Part shown: positions 62,914 to 64,000 of the stretch, one piece after another
Layout: every line of letters begins with the position of its first letter
Position numbering within the stretch: position 1 is the stretch's first letter
Source: an uncultured virus (IMG/VR IMGVR_UViG_3300017747_000864)
Lineage: Duplodnaviria; Heunggongvirae; Uroviricota; Caudoviricetes
Strand: one strand, 5' to 3'
Virus record (IMG/VR): IMGVR_UViG_3300017747_000864
DNA: 64,000 nt
Notes under the pieces: model-generated
The model's input: the letters and a program-made list of their open reading frames with translations, nothing else
Databases searched by the model: none
What the model was told of the DNA's origin: nothing
Program-made: the position numbers and the translations under genes

Positions 62914-63747
62914 TTACCCCTGCGTGTACTGAACTAGAATTGGGCCACCGTCTGTTGCCCCGTTGGTAGCCATCACAGACACATTCTGAGGAACGCTATC
63001 GTTCCACAGTTGCGGCATCGCAAGTGTCAGAGCGTCATCGGCGCAATAGTTTGCGGGAGCAGAAGCAGCGTTAATCATTGCAATCGGGCGATATGCAACT
63101 AAATGCAGCACACCAGCAGTTCCCCACGATACCGAGAAAGTAACCGACTGCACCGAACGAACCCCGGTATCTCCGGCGGCTAACCCGATGGGAAACCAAT
63201 GGCCTGCTGGTGCGCTGGTGCGGGCGGAAAGAATACCTACACCGGTGCGACCAGAAGTCCCCGTGCTGTTGGTGTATGAAACAGTGATTGTCGGGCCACC
63301 CGTGCCCATGTTCGCGCTGATCTCAATGGCAAGGTACACACCCTCGCCGTTAGTCGATCCGTTTAGATCCCGCGCAGGCCATGCCACGCTGTCGACAGTC
63401 TGTGCAGTGGTCAGTGTGCGGTCTAGTCCCGAGTTGTGCCACAGCCGATCAACGATCATCAGCGTTCGTTGGGATGCATTCGCGGTGTCAGCAAAAAATT
63501 GTCGCCGCAACCCTGCAAGATAAGTATTCCCGCTCAGTGGATTGGTGAACGGAATTTGTCCGGAGTAAGCAGTCAGCGCCGCTCCAGCAACGCCGGGAGT
63601 AGGTGCAGTGGCGGCAGGCGGGTAACCTGCTGTGTAAAACGATGTGATCCACTGATTGGTACCGTTAGCACTATTGCTAGCGGTCTTGGCCAAGATATTG
63701 GGGTAAGTTAAACCTGCTTCAACGCCAGCGAGTGTTGTAATCGCCAT
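62914..63747 (-). CDS. Putative virion protein
   Basis: 277 aa beta-rich; DRLWHNSG, LAAGDTGVRSVQS. Confidence 0.75.
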   Translation of the reverse strand: MAITTLAGVEAGLTYPNILAKTASNSANGTNQWITSFYTAGYPPAATAPTPGVAGAALTAYSGQIPFTNPLSGNTYLAGLRRQFFADTANASQRTLMIVDRLWHNSGLDRTLTTAQTVDSVAWPARDLNGSTNGEGVYLAIEISANMGTGGPTITVSYTNSTGTSGRTGVGILSARTSAPAGHWFPIGLAAGDTGVRSVQSVTFSVSWGTAGVLHLVAYRPIAMINAASAPANYCADDALTLAMPQLWNDSVPQNVSVMATNGATDGGPILVQYTQG

Positions 63748-63750
63748 CGC

Positions 63751-64000
63751 TCACCCCTGCGTCACAGTCATCGAGCCTTGCAAGGATGTCGATTGGGTTC
63801 CAGAGGGGACAAAAAGCAGAAACGGCACGGTGTTGTTGAACATCTGAGGCATCCCACCCGTTACCGCATCAACCGCCGTCGAAATGCCGCCTGCACCAAT
63901 TTGAATGACAGATAAAACACGGTAAGCGACCAAATGGATTGTGCCGCTTATCCAAGAGGCGCTAAGCGTAATTGACTGAACCGAACGAACACCCTTGTCT
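63751..64000 (-). CDS. Paralogue of 62914..63747, 5' end outside the window
   Basis: Frame open to the edge: DKGVRSVQSITLSASW...HLVAYR...MPQMFNNTVP...TQG aligns with the neighbour's C-terminus. Confidence 0.8.
   Translation of the reverse strand, partial: DKGVRSVQSITLSASWISGTIHLVAYRVLSVIQIGAGGISTAVDAVTGGMPQMFNNTVPFLLFVPSGTQSTSLQGSMTVTQG

Overview
The whole window is a tailed dsDNA bacteriophage with podovirus-like architecture (P22-type portal, no tape measure or sheath genes recognised), probably most of a ~65 kb genome. There are two arms. The minus-strand morphogenesis arm (1-11.8 kb and 35.0-64 kb) carries terminase, portal, GroES, scaffold, major capsid, tail and ejection proteins, a GH19 endolysin and a cluster of small basic proteins. 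The plus-strand early/replication arm (12.3-35.0 kb) carries small early genes, a MoxR-like AAA ATPase, a metallopeptidase-VWA protein, a DUF3150-like protein, VRR-NUC, family A DNA polymerase, a Cas4-like nuclease, SNF2 helicase, a putative SSB and a primase-DUF927 helicase. No integrase, RNA polymerase, tRNA or CRISPR array was recognised. Most notable: (i) a terminase intein whose homing endonuclease (EndoVII type) lies in a different reading frame with its own RBS; (ii) a NUMOD4-HNH gene nested out of frame in a DUF3310 gene whose frame stays open without any splicing element; (iii) 18 copies of a CTAAC-N3-GTTAG palindrome confined to the ~10 kb early region; (iv) recurring peptide motifs ([MFY]xxGG and an almost identical 17-aa N-terminal leader) shared by likely internal virion proteins. 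All family calls come from motifs recognised by eye; no database search was run.
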